Made by a program: the position numbers and the translations under genes. 59,190 nucleotides of DNA, taken from Malacoraja senta (taxonomy: Eukaryota). Location of the stretch: NCBI GenBank assembly GCA_038087875.1, contig JAXLNO010000065.1:372001-431190 (forward strand), written 5' to 3'. The notes beneath the pieces are model-generated. The model ran no database searches. It was not told the origin of the DNA and was given only the letters and a program-made list of their open reading frames with translations. Every line of letters begins with the position of its first letter. The first letter of the stretch is position 1. Shown in pieces: positions 27,000 through 38,868 of this stretch.

Positions 27000-27355
27000 G
27001 AAGATAGACACAAAAAGCTGGAGTAACTCAGCGGGCCAGGCAACATCTCTGGAGAGAAGGAATGGGTGACGTTTCGGGTCGAGACCCTTCTTCAGACTGA
27101 AAGCCACGGGAAAGGGAAATGAGAGATATAGACGATGATGTAGAGAGATATAGAACAAATGAATGAATGATATGCAATATAGTAACAATGATAAAGGAAA
27201 CAGGCCATTGCTAGCTGTAGTTCTATATCTCTGTACATCATTGTCTGCAGTATATCTCTCAGTTCCCTCTCCAGAGATGCTGTCTGTCCCACTGAGTTAC
27301 TCCAGCATTTTGTGTCTATCTTCAGTCTAAACCAGCATCTACAGTTCCTTCCTAA
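27000..27355. mobile_element. Fold-back PLE terminal-repeat remnant
   Basis: Minus copy 27000-27215 and plus copy ~27265-27352. Confidence 0.75.
27066..27097 (-). ncRNA. Minimal hammerhead ribozyme motif (PLE-associated); best-preserved copy
   Basis: Minus strand reads gt-CTGAAGA-a-GGGT-ctcg-ACCC-GAAA-cGTC-ac: CUGANGA and GAAA core, stem II, GUC cleavage triplet. Activity untested. Confidence 0.6.
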
Positions 27356-28884
27356 ACATGTTTAATCAATTGGTTTCATGGCTACAGTGACCCAGGTTCA
27401 ATCCTGTTCACCAGCGCTGTCTCTGTAGGGTCTTCACTTTCTCCCGGTGACCACATGGATTTGCTTTGGTTGCTCCAGTGTCTTCCCACATCCCAAAGAT
27501 GTACGGGTTGGTATATTGTCCCGAGTGTGGGGGGGGGGGGGGGGGGGCAATAGCACCCTCCACAGATGCTACCTGACCCGCTGAGTACCTCCAGCACTTT
27601 GTGCTTTAGTTTGGTTTTAGTTTCCTTAAGAGATACAACAAAGAAACAGGTAAGTCAGCCCACCAATCCATGCTAACAATCAATTATTTTCACACTAATT
27701 CTACATCATCCCCACTTTCATGTCCATCCCCAACACGTTAGGGTCAATTTCACAGTCCAAATAACCTGCAAACCCGCAGGTCTTTGGATTGTGAGAGGAA
27801 ACCGGAGCGCATGGCAAAAGCCCTACACAGTTACAGGGAGAACGTGCAAACTCCACACAGCATCGGTACTTCCTTGTGTCACACGTTGACTTTATGAGGC
27901 TGTGTGATCATGTTTCTTCTCGTGAGGTTTTGCCCGCAGCAAGTCTGTGCAGAGTTATCCTGGTTGCAGTGAGTGTGTGGGTGGTAGAATCTGGGGGGAG
28001 ATGTTGGAGAATAAAGTGGGATTAGTCTAGCATCAGTGTATATGGGAGCATGATGGATTTGGTGGGCTGGAGGACCTGTCTCCAAGTTATGACTACAGGT
28101 GGAGATCAGTACATACATAACTAGAGGAGTAACATGAAACTCAGAACGGCATCTTCTCTGGTGGATAACCCATCTAACTCCTTGCTGTCTGCTGCCTTTC
28201 CTTCATGCACCACTCTCGCTGACAACACAAGGCTTTGCAGTACATTTCCATTCCCGGTCTCCTGTGGTTACACATTCTGACACGCTCAAACAGCACCTGC
28301 TCTTGAGACATTTCCCACAGACTCCCCCTCCCCCCGCCCCGGCCTCTGGCTCTCACAGACAGTCTGCACAACACTTTGTGAATTTGCTTAACGTTCCCAC
28401 TGTGTCTCCTTAAACCATCACTTTAACAGTTCATTTAGACCCACCGCAGATCCAGTCGCAGGTTATAAATCCCAAGTTTGTTCAACCCTTTTGCTCTTTT
28501 TAAAACGGTCCTGAAAAGTCCAAGGGCTCTTCGGGGAGATGGCGATGTGTGGTGCACCTGACATACAGTGAGCTTATTCCAGAGGGGGATTCCCCAGGGA
28601 AGGGTTCCCCTCACTCAGCTGGCTGCTCAGACTTTCAGCCCCTGCTGCTAAAGCAATTGTGAAGGAGATCACTTGGTATCATGGGTCCTTTAACCCAACC
28701 AGCAGGAGCGAAGCACGCCAGGAATTTCAACCTGATTGCCCTTTAACAGCACTTTAAACAGATGCAATTCTGGGCGTCTGCATTTAAGGGCATCTTTCTA
28801 ATGTGCAGAGTGATTGCAGTTACAGGGGGAGATATTCCTGTAACGACAAGACTTACACAATCAGATTGGACGCTGACTTTCCTA

Positions 28885-29290
28885 TTTAGTTTAGTTTAGT
28901 TTATTGTCATGTGTACCGAGGTACAGTGAGATACAGTACAGTGACTGCTACCCAGTCAGCAGAAGAAGGGTTTCGGCCCGAAACGTTGCCTATTTCCTTC
29001 GCTCCATAGATGCTGCCTCACCCGCTGAGTTTCTCCAGCACTTTTGTCTACCAGCAGAAAGACAATACAGGATTACAATCAAGCCATTTACAGGGAAATA
29101 AAGGGAATAACGTTTAGTGCAAGATAAAGTCCAGTGAAGTCCGATTAAAGATAGTCCCCGGGGTCTCCAATGATCTCTCTGGTTGTTGATAGAGTGGTTC
29201 AGTTGTCTGATAACAGCTGGGAAGAAACTGTTGCTGAATCTGGGACAGTTTCTTCCCAGCTGTTATCGGGCAACTGAACCACTATCCATT
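28885..29290 (-). mobile_element. Rex1/Babar 3' UTR with a nested 87-bp PLE insertion and a terminal hairpin
   Basis: Family tail; insert 28965-29051 flanked by TSD CAGCAGAA. Confidence 0.75.
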
Positions 29291-29719
29291 CTGTTTCATT
29301 CCCCTTGACCAGGTCTACAGACTGTGGCAGAGCTGGTAGTGGTCCTGCCTCAAAGCACCAGTGATACGGGTTCAATCCAGACCTCCGGTGCTGTCTGTGT
29401 GGAGTTTGCCTGTGGGTGTAGGTTACTTAAAATGAGATAAATCAGTATTCATACCGCTAGATTATAAACTGCCCAAGCAAAATATGAGGTGCTGTTTGTA
29501 CATTCCCCTGTGACCACGTGGGGTTTCTCCGGGAACTCCGGGTACTCCGGTTTCCTTCCACTCACCAAAGACGTGCAGATTTGTAGGTTAATAGGATTCG
29601 CTAAAATTGTTAATTTTAGTGTGTAGGATAGTGCTAGTGTACGGGATGATCGCTGGTCAGCGCAGACTCGGTGGGCCAAAGGGCTTGTTTCCGTGCTGTA
29701 TCTCTAAAGTCCAATTTAT

Positions 29720-31310
29720 GGAAAGATGCAACAGCAACAGGATCGTTGTATTGGGTGACTTTAATTTCCCCAATATTAACTGAGACTTACTTTAGTGCAA
29801 AAGGCTTTAGACTTGTTTGAATTTGTGAGGTGTATCCGAAAGGTGTTTCCTAAAACAGTATGTTGATAGTCCAACTCAAGGAGAGACCATACTGTACCTG
29901 CTATCAGGAAACAAGCCCGGCCAGGTGACTGGTGTTTCAGTGGAAGAACATTTTGGGGTAGAGAGCTCCATAACTTTTAAGTGTAGGAAAGAACTTCAGA
30001 TGCTGGTTTAATTCTAAGATAGACTCAAAACGCTGGAGTAACTCAGCGGGACAGGCAGCATCTCTGGAGAGAAGGAATGGGTGACGTTTCAGGTCGAGAC
30101 CCTTCTGCTGAATTCAGCATTTTGTGCCTATCTTCCATAAGCTTTAAGATTGTTGTGAGTAGAGATAAGACTAGACCTGGGGGGGAGTTACTAATTTGGA
30201 GTAAAGCAGATGATGGCATTATTAGGCTGGAGCTAGGGAGAGTAAATTGGGAACAGTTGCTATTGGGCAAGTTTACATCAAGGGTCTCGACCCGAAACGT
30301 TGCCTATTTCCTTCGCTCCATAGATGCTGCCTCACGCGCTGAGTTTCTTCAGCATTTTTGTCTACCTCTGACATGCGGGAGTCGTTTAAAGGCCAGCTGA
30401 TCAAAGTTCAGACAGGCATGTTCCAGTAAGGAGAAGGGATAAAGATATCAAGGAAAGGGAACCATGGATCACCAAAGAAATTGTAAATTTGGTCAAAAAG
30501 TAAAAGGAAGCATATGTCAGGTTTAGGAAGATGGGGCTTCAGGGACTATAAAGCAAGTCGGGAAGAATTCCAAAAAGACCCTGAAATATCTCTGGCAAAA
30601 CAGACTAACGATGTATACATACATTAAAACAAGAGGGTAACCAAGGTGAAGATAGGACCACTCAAGGATAAATGAGGGAATTTGTGCTTGGAGTCAAATG
30701 ATGTAGGCAAGGTCCTAAACGAGTATTCACCAAGCAGAAGGACATGGAGGACAGCCTGGAGAACATCAATAATCAATGGCAGTTTGAGATCAAGAAGGTG
30801 CTGTTGGAGCTCTTGAAGTGCAATAAGATGGATAAATCCCCAGGTCCTGATAGAATCTATCCCAGGTTATTAAGAGAGGCAAGGGAGAAGATTGCAGTTT
30901 CTTCTCTAGTCACAGTCCAGGTCCTAAAGAACTGGAGAGTAGCCAATGCTGTTGCTTTGTATAAAAGTGGAAGTAGAGAGAATCCAGGGAATTATAGGCA
31001 TGGGAGCCTCACGTCACTGGTAGGGAAACTATTGAAGAGTATCCTTTGGGATAGGATTTACTCCCAGTTGGAGAAGAATACACAGAGGGTGTTGGGTGCT
31101 GGGAACACACTGCCGGGGTGGTGGTGACGGCAGACATGCTAGAGGTGCTTACGAGGCTTTTAGATAGGCACGTGAGTATGAGTGGAGGGATATGGATATG
31201 GGTCATGTGCAGACGGATAAGATTACATTTTCTTGGCACCATATTCGGCTCAGACATTGTGGTCCGAAAGGCATAATCCTGTACGGTACTTTTTCTATGT
31301 TTTATGCTCT
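29720..31310 (+). mobile_element. Degraded CR1 LINE (endonuclease to RT, internally deleted, 3' tail) with PLE insertions
   Basis: GDFNFPNIN at ~29755; ORF 30744-31127 KSPGPDRIYPRLLRE..NWRVAN...PGNYR..SLTSLVGK. Confidence 0.85.
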
Positions 31311-31399
31311 ATATGTTTCCATATGCGACAGGCCCAGAATACTAACTTGGTCAGCATGAACATTGGACCAATTGACTTGATGCCATGCTGTACAGCTAT

Positions 31400-32140
31400 A
31401 GGGTTCTTTGTCTCTATGACACTTAACTCTGCCTACTATGGGGAAGCCAGATCTGAATTCAAAGTATCAAGTCACTATGGATTTGATGCATTTTAATCCT
31501 CTGGATCAGTATACCACAAGGGACCTTGTCAAATGCATTACTAATGTCCATGTGGACAATATCCACTGCCCCATCTCATCAATCACCTTCGTCATCTCCT
31601 CAAAAACCTTAAGCAAATTTGTAAGACAGGACCTGCCCTGGACAAAGGTATTCTGACTGTCTTCATTAGCCCATTCACTGCCATATGAGAATAAATCCCT
31701 AAGAATTTTCTCAACTATTGATATGAGGCTCACCACCCTACAATTTCTTGGATTATCATTTATTAATCTAAGGAACAGCATTGGCTATTCTCCATTCCTC
31801 TAGGTCTGGTGGCTAGAGAGGATACAAAGGTCTTTGTCATGGCCCCTGTAACCTCCTCTCTAGCCTCTCTCAGTAATCTGGCAGAGGTCCCTTTAGGCTC
31901 TGGGGACATCCACCTTAAAGAGACCCTAAGCCACCTTCTTCTTCAAAATACCCTGCATATTCGCACACCACACACTCATCTCACTATCCATCATGTCCTT
32001 CTCCTTGGTGAATACCAATGCATACCTCTCCAAGGTACCCTCTTACTTTTAATGTATGTATAAACAGCCTTGGAATTCTCTTTATTCCGACCTGCTAATG
32101 CCATTTCATGTCCCCTTCCAGCCCTCATAATTTCTTGACC
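31400..32140 (-). mobile_element. CR1 RT fragment
   Basis: ORF 31506-31781(-) FVQGRSCLTNLLKVFEEMTKVIDE. Confidence 0.8.
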
Positions 32141-32328
32141 TCTTTCCTGGAGGGAATGGAGGGATATGGTCAGAAGAAAATAGTCTAACTTGGCATCGTG
32201 TTCAACACAAATGTTGTAGGCCGAAGGGCGTGTTCCAGTGCTGTACTGTTCTATGTTCTCTGCTAGGCCCTGCTTCTACTGTGGGTCCTCTGGAAATTGG
32301 GCAGTGGACACATTGTAGTGGTGCTGCC

Positions 32329-32347
32329 TTGCAGCAGGTGGCGCTGT
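32329..32347 (+). promoter_or_regulatory. Candidate CTCF binding motif
   Basis: ttGCAGCAGGTGGCGCtgt resembles the CTCF core CCAGCAGGTGGCGC; lies in apparently non-repeat sequence. Confidence 0.35.
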
Positions 32348-32516
32348 TACTGTGTCTGTGGCTCACGGTGGTGCCTGTGGGCACGGTTTATGTTCAGTAC
32401 GTAAACTGTGCGGTAACTAGCAGCAGGAATTCAACAGCACAGGAGTCCGTCTATTACTCCACGTAACACAGTCCTGAATGTCTCCATCGCCACTCCTTCT
32501 CCAGACACATTGAAGA

Positions 32517-32820
32517 GGGGCGATACGGTGGTGCAGTGGTAGAGCTGCTGCCTTATAGTGCCAGAGCCCGGGTTCGATCCTGACTACAGGGGCAGTCAGT
32601 ACGGAGTTTGTGCCTTTTCCGCGTGACCGCGTGGGTTTTCTCCAGGTGCTCCAGTTTCCTCCCACATCCCAAAGACGTACAGGTTTGTAGGTTAATTGGC
32701 TTCTGTAAATTGTACATTGTCCCTAGTGTGTAGGATAGTGTGCGGGGTGTTTGCTGGTCGGTGCGTACTTTGTGGGCCGATGGGCCTGTTTCCACACTAT
32801 CTCTAAAGTCTAAAGTCTAA
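32517..32820 (+). mobile_element. HE1-like V-SINE, full length
   Basis: A box TGGTGCAGTGG, B box GGTTCGATCC, V-domain, CR1-like tail with (ctaaagt)n. Confidence 0.9.
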
Positions 32821-33379
32821 AAGATTAGTGAAGTGCACATTGCAATACGACCTCAAGAATGGAAATGTTGCAGACTAAAGAATGCCTGATTCAAATTGCC
32901 ATCGGCTCTTTCACTAAAGAAATAAATCAAACATTTGATTTGAGTTCTAAATGCCAAACTATCTGAAGAATGTATTTGAAATTCATCCTAATTTGTGCTT
33001 TCATTCCACTGAATAAACCGCAGAAACTCATCAAATCCAACCTTGGCTCGGGGAATGGTGGCTGTGCCCTCGGGGAACTAAAGGTGATTCACGATACAAG
33101 GTGAAACCATGCAGCGGTATTCCAGGCAAGACCTACTGAAGGCCCAGGAGGAGATGTACGACCAGTCATTCAGATGCCCTGGTCTATTTCGGGAAACTAA
33201 CTGCGCTGCCAGGCCCAAGTAACCATGGTCAACACACTATCCTGTGGAATCCATCACGCTCAAGGTCTTGCCCCGGTTACTTACCAAAGAGTGCAAAGAA
33301 AGAGCAGATTCTGGCACAGTTCTGATTCTTTTATAAGGGGGCTTTTATAAGGGGGTGTTCACATTCACAGCAGCTGATT

Positions 33380-33512
33380 GTACATTCACCTGAGAGAGGA
33401 ATTGGGCCCCATGTTTAAAATCCCATCTGAAAGATGATGCTGCACCCAATTATTGTGCTGAAAGACTCTGGGTTGGGGATTGAATTGACAACATCCTACC
33501 TCAGAGGCACAG
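33380..33512 (-). mobile_element. Ancient Deu-domain SINE remnant (SacSINE1/AmnSINE1-like)
   Basis: cacctgagag...gggcccc.tgtttaa..tc.catctgaaaga and ttgtgctga..gactctggg.tgggga.ttgaa..acaa..tcct.acctcagaggc resemble the DeuSINE consensus as I recall it. Confidence 0.5.
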
Positions 33513-33679
33513 GCAAGAGGCTGTTCCACAGGGACAATGTGGAACCACTCAAGGATAAAAGAGGGAATTTATGCTTGGAGTTGGAGAATGTAGATGGTGT
33601 ACAAAATCTTTACATCTGTATTCACAGACGAGAAGGAAATTGTTTGGTTTGTTTAGAGATACAGGGCGGAAACAGGCTC

Positions 33680-34300
33680 TGAAAGTAAGCATGAAGGTAC
33701 AGCAGGCAGTGAAGAAATCCATAGAGCCTTCATTGCAAGAGGATTTGAGTTTAGGAGCAAGGCAGTCCTACTGCAGTTGTACAGGGCCCTGGGGAGACCG
33801 CACCTGGAGTTTTGGGTGCAACTTTGGTCTCCTAATTTGAGGAAGGACATTATTGCTATTGAGGGAGTGCAGCGTAGGATCACCAGGTTAATTCCCGGGA
33901 TGGCGGGACTGATGTATGATGAAAGAAATATAAAATTCATAGAGGATTGGACAGGGTAGATGCAGGGGAAATATTCCCGATGTCTGGGGAGTCCAGAACC
34001 AGGGGGTCACAGTTTAAGAATATGGAGTAGGCCATTTAGGACTGAGATGAGGAAAACCTTTTTCACCCAGAGAGTTGTGAATCTGTGGAATTCTCTGCCA
34101 CAGAAGGCAGTGGAGGCCAATTCACTGGATGATTTCAAGAGAGAGTTAGATTTAGCTCTTGGGGCTAGGGGAATTAAGGGATATGGGGAAAAAGCCGGAA
34201 CGGGGTACTGATTTTGGATGATCAGCCATAATCATATTGAATGGTGGTGCTGGCTCGAAGGGCCAAATGGCCTACTCCTGCACCTATTTTCTATGTTTCT
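33680..34300 (+). mobile_element. CR1 3' end (internally deleted)
   Basis: LYRALGRPHLEF.VQLWSP.LRKDI..IEGVQRR; FFTQRVVNLWNSLP. Confidence 0.85.
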
Positions 34301-34570
34301 TCGGCCCACCGAGTCCGTGCCAACCAGTGATTCCTGCACGCTAACACTATCCTAACACACCAGGGACAATTTACAATTTTTACCGAAGCCAATTAGCCTA
34401 CAAACCTGTACATCTTTTGAGTGTGGGAGAACAGCGGAGCTCCCAGAGAAAACCTATGCAGGTCACAAGGAGAACATACAAACTCCATGCAGACAGCACC
34501 CGTGGTCAGGATCGAACCCGGGTCTCTGGTCCTGCAGGGCAGTAACTCTACGGCTGAGCCACCATGCCCC
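34300..34570 (-). mobile_element. HE1-like SINE
   Basis: Conserved family sequence. Confidence 0.8.
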
Positions 34571-34928
34571 CTGGAGGATTGTGAGATCAGTGTGGGGTAT
34601 AGGAGCAGGAGTATGCCATTAGGCCCAAATGCCTGCCCCACCATTCAAGATGATTATGACTGATCCCGTACTTTTTGAGCGACGGTTCAACATACCGGCA
34701 CTTCTAAAAGTAAAAAAAAACTAGATTGTAAATGTTTTATTATTTTTAATATTACAAAAAAAATCACTAATGTTTAAAAGATAAAATATATTAACTAAAT
34801 TAGGCAGTCAGGTCCTTGAATAGATTATGCAGCCTACGTGACGATGATCTGCCATAAACACAAACAACAAGGGATGAGATGTATACTGGCGCCTCCTTGG
34901 ATACAAAGAATACTTTGTGAACTTAATG

Positions 34929-35052
34929 TTTAAGAGGGAACTGCAGATGCTGGAAAATCAAAGGTACACAAAAATGCTGGAGAAATTCAGCGGGTGAGGC
35001 AGCATCTATGGAGCGAAGGAAATAGGCAACGTTTCGGGTCGAGACCCTGCAA
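34929..35052 (-). mobile_element. Short PLE insertion with 11-bp TSD
   Basis: TSD TGAACTTAATG at 34918-34928 and 35053-35063. Confidence 0.75.
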
Positions 35053-36109
35053 TGAACTTAATGCTCATTTTGAAACAAACTCCACCAATTTTATGTGCTG
35101 GAAGGGACTTGATCAGTACAGGTGTCAGGGGTTATGGGGAGAAGACAGGAGAATGGGGTTGAGAGGTAAGCTAGATCAACCATGATTGAATGGCGGAGTA
35201 GACTTGATGGGCTGAATGGCCTAATTCTGCTCCTATAAGTTATGAATTTATGATCTTATGAAAGAAAGCACTGTGTTGATCTATGCTGGTGTCAAGCTCT
35301 CCTCGGTGCCAGTTCCCCATGGCCCTCAATTCCTGAATCTTTCAAAAATGTATATACTTACATTTCAGTAGGTAATACTAGCTACACAGTCTCTCGAGCC
35401 CACCTTTCACTTCTCCAGGTCGAATGTTGCCTGTTGCTCTGTTGTTCCCCACCGCCGTCCATTGCCATTTTCCTGTCACCCGTAACGTTCTTCTCACTCA
35501 CCACACAGCTAAGGCTGGCAGCATCAGCAAAACTCCTGAACATGCCGTCAAACACCAAGTCATGAACCTTGGTCACCGGAGAGCTGGAATTTTCCACCTT
35601 GAATGATGAAAGGTGCTTTGATGGTGGAAATTACAGTCAAGGATGGAATAGATAGAACGACCTCACAAACTGTTTTCAGAAGCAGAAGGTCTAGCTGAAT
35701 GGTGAGTTGAGGTGAGTGAGCATCATATGATGCAGTTGTTATGTATGGGAGACAAGTCTGTACAAAGGTACACAAAAAAGCTGGAGAAACTCAGCGGGTG
35801 CAGCAGCATCTATGGAGCAAAGGAAATAGGCAACGTTTCGGGCTGAAACCCTTCTTCAGACTTTTGCTTCCTCGAAGTCTGTACAAAGGGCAGCTTCTTC
35901 CCAACAATCATCAGGCTCTTGAACACCATAAAACATCATCTAAGCTATGAACTACAAACTGTCTTGGCTGCACTAATGACTTCCAGGTTTTGTGGCACTA
36001 GTATTGTTATTTTTAGATCAATTATCAGTCTAGTTTATTGTCACGTGTACCGAGGTACAGTGAAAAGCTTTTTGTTGTGTGCTAACCAGTCAGCAGAAGG
36101 ACAATACAT

Positions 36110-36241
36110 CTTCTTCTTCTTGCATATGGCGTGCACAGCCTAAAGTTGTCGGACAACTTGTTCTATTTGATCTTATTTGATTGTGCACGCCGGGTTGATT
36201 GCATTCGTCGAAACACGTGAAGGTTGCAATCTTCCACCACA
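36110..36241 (-). mobile_element. Unclassified non-LTR 3' fragment with (GAA)n tail and 10-bp TSD
   Basis: TSD GACAATACAT at 36100-36109 and 36242-36251; cttcttcttctt at the left end; inserted in a Rex1/Babar tail. Confidence 0.7.
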
Positions 36242-36610
36242 GACAATACATGATTACAATCGATCCATTTACAGTGTATATTTAATGATTTTTCTTTGTT
36301 TATTATGCTATCTATGTACTGTGTTTACCAACTGGTTTTGTTGCCCCAAATAAGAATTTCATTGTTCTGTTTTTGGTAAATATGACAATTAACTTTGACT
36401 CATGACTTGACCATTGACTAAATATCTGAGAGGGAGAAGGTGGCAGGGCCATGGGAGACAGGGCCAGTCTGAAGAAGGGTCACAACCTGAAATCCTGCCT
36501 GCCCATTTCCATCCACTGATCCTGCCAGATCCATTGCGTTTCTCCAGCAGTTTGATTTTTGCTCAGGACTATGACAGCTTCTGTTCTATTATTTCATGGA
36601 TCAAGTGATA

Positions 36611-36928
36611 CTTTAGACTTTAGACTTTAGAGATACAGTGTGGACACAGACTCTTTGGCCACAGAGTCCATGCTGACCAACCACCACCCCCGAACACTAA
36701 CACGATCCTACACACTAGGGATAATTTACAATTTTTTTTTACTGAAGCCACTTAACCTACAAACCTGTACGTCTTTGGAGTATGGGTGGAAACTGGAGCA
36801 CCCGCAGAAAACCCACGCAGTCACTGGGAGAACATACAAACTCCGTACAGACGGCACCCATGGTTAGGATTGAACCTGGGTCTCTAGCGCTGAAAGGCAG
36901 TAACTCTACTGCTGTGCCACCGTGCCGC
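36611..36928 (-). mobile_element. HE1-like SINE
   Basis: Conserved family sequence. Confidence 0.85.
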
Positions 36929-36934
36929 ACTCAA

Positions 36935-37097
36935 ACTTCTCCCCGGTGTAAGTGGGTGTATTCTCCTCCCTGTTGTAAGTGGGTGTACACTTCTCTGCGG
37001 TGTAAGGGGGTGTAGAATTCTCCCCGCTGTAAGTGGGTGTACACCTCCCCAGTGTAAGTAGATGTACACACCGCACTGTTGTAAGTGGATATATACT
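36935..37097. repeat. ~27-bp minisatellite, 6 units, core TGTAAGTGGGTGTA
   Basis: Six tgtaag-anchored units with variable C-rich linkers. Confidence 0.85.
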
Positions 37098-37617
37098 TAG
37101 CTTTGTTTAATTTAGAGATACAGCAGGGAAACAGGCAATTCGGCCCACTGAGTCCACGCTGACCAGCAATCCCTGTACTCTATTCTACTAGGGACAATTT
37201 ACAATGTTATCAAAGCCAATTAACCTACAAACATGAGATAGACACAAAATGCTGGTGTAACGCAGCGGGACAGACAGCATCTCTGGAGAGAAGAAATGGG
37301 TGAAGTTTTGGGTCAAGATCCTCTCGACCCAAAACGTCACCCATTCCTTCTCTCCAGAGATGTTGCCTGTCCCGCTGAGTTACTCCAGCACTTTGTGTCT
37401 ATCTTCAGTTTAAACCAGCATCTGCAGTTCCTTCCCACACAACCTACAAACCTGTACGTCTTTGGAGTGTGGCAGGAAAGCAGAGCACCTGGAGAAAGCC
37501 CACGCAGTCACAGGGAGAACGTACAAACTCCGTACAGGCAGCACCCGTAGTCAGGATTGAACCCGGGTCTCTGGCGCTGTAAGGCAGCAATTCTGCCGCT
37601 GAGCCACCATGCTGCCA
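37098..37617 (-). mobile_element. HE1-like SINE containing a fold-back PLE insertion (37233-37440)
   Basis: TSD AACCTACAAAC at 37222-37232 and 37441-37451. Confidence 0.85.
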
Positions 37618-38540
37618 TCAAACCTTTCCCTGTTGTAATTCGGTGTACACTCCTCTCAGTTGAAAGCAAGGCACAGTCAAGGCCTGGGCACACAGAGGAA
37701 CAGTGTACCTCAAAGCAGTGTGGAGTCACAGCTGGATTAACGTTGTTCCTGTGGAGAAACCTTCAGGAAATAGAAACGCTGCTTCCACGGAGACTTGGTA
37801 TGGTTGGTCACCCCCGGCATGGCAATAATTAAAAATATTTTATAGCTGTTTACTATGAGCATCCAAAGGATATTGTCTCCGGGCAGTAAAACAAAATGAT
37901 TGGACTGTTCATGGCTGTAAACATTTAATATGTGTCACTAAGGACATGATCAAGCATTGCAAAGATGAGCCAACGTCCACGAGCCAAGTTAAATGATGTT
38001 CCATAAATGTGGCTAACTGACTAAATAAACCGCTTGCTACACAAAACAATTTTACATTACTGGTCGAAGAACTATGAAGGGGAGGGATGGAGAGAGAGGC
38101 AAAGCAAGGATTACCAGAAGTAAGTTACCTGTCTGACTGTCCCCCTGATTAAAATTGATCAGTTTGCTTTGTTGTCACCTTCTCCTAGCTAACAATGATC
38201 TATTCTACATTTTCCTTAATTCGCTTCACCTTTGACACCTTATTTTCACACCTTACCCTTCCTTATCTCTGTGCCTCCCTCCCCTCTGACTCTCAGTCTG
38301 AAGAGGGGTCTTGACCCGAAATATCATCCATTCCTTCTCTCCAGAGATGCTGCCGGTCCCGCTGAGTTACTCCAGCATTTTGTGTCGATCTTCAAAAGAC
38401 GCACTGCTTGATGGTTGAAGCCATTTTTTTCTCATCTCCTCTCTAATTTTTCTATCTATTAACTTCATCCAGTGCTTCCAAACTATCAATACACTTATTC
38501 CTTCCTGTTTGCCCTGTCTAGGCCTTTCACAATGTCATAC

Positions 38541-38868
38541 AGATGGCGCAATGGGCTAAATGTTCGGCTGGCAACCGGAAGGTAGCCGGTTCGAATCCCG
38601 CTTGGAGTGCATACTGTCGTTGTGTCCTTGGGCAAGACACTTCACCCACCTTTGCCTGCGTGTGAATGTGTGTGAATGTGTGTGAGTGATTGGTGGTGGT
38701 CGGAGGGGCCGTAGGCGCAGATTAGCAGCCACGCTTCCGTCAGTCTGCCCCAGGGCAGCTGTGGCTACAGAAGTAGCTCACCACCACCGAGTGTGACTGA
38801 GGAGTGAATGAATAATGCGATGTAAAGCGCCTTGAGTATTAGAAAGGCGCTATATAAATCCCATCCAT
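38541..38868 (+). mobile_element. tRNA-derived CORE-SINE with L2-type tail (resembles teleost AFC-type SINEs)
   Basis: A box TGGCGCAATGG, B box GGTTCGAATCC (38588-38598), CORE-like gtgtccttgggcaagacacttcaccc, tail tgtaaagcgccttgagt..agaaaggcgctatataaat. Confidence 0.8.

Noticed and set aside
32517..32590. tRNA gene (also the other A/B-box copies, e.g. 38541)
   Set aside because: These are SINE heads followed by SINE bodies and tails, not standalone tRNAs.
36935..37097. CRISPR-like repeat-spacer appearance
   Set aside because: The core is only 14 bp and degenerate, the linkers are 11-13 nt and related to each other, there are no cas genes, and the context is vertebrate.
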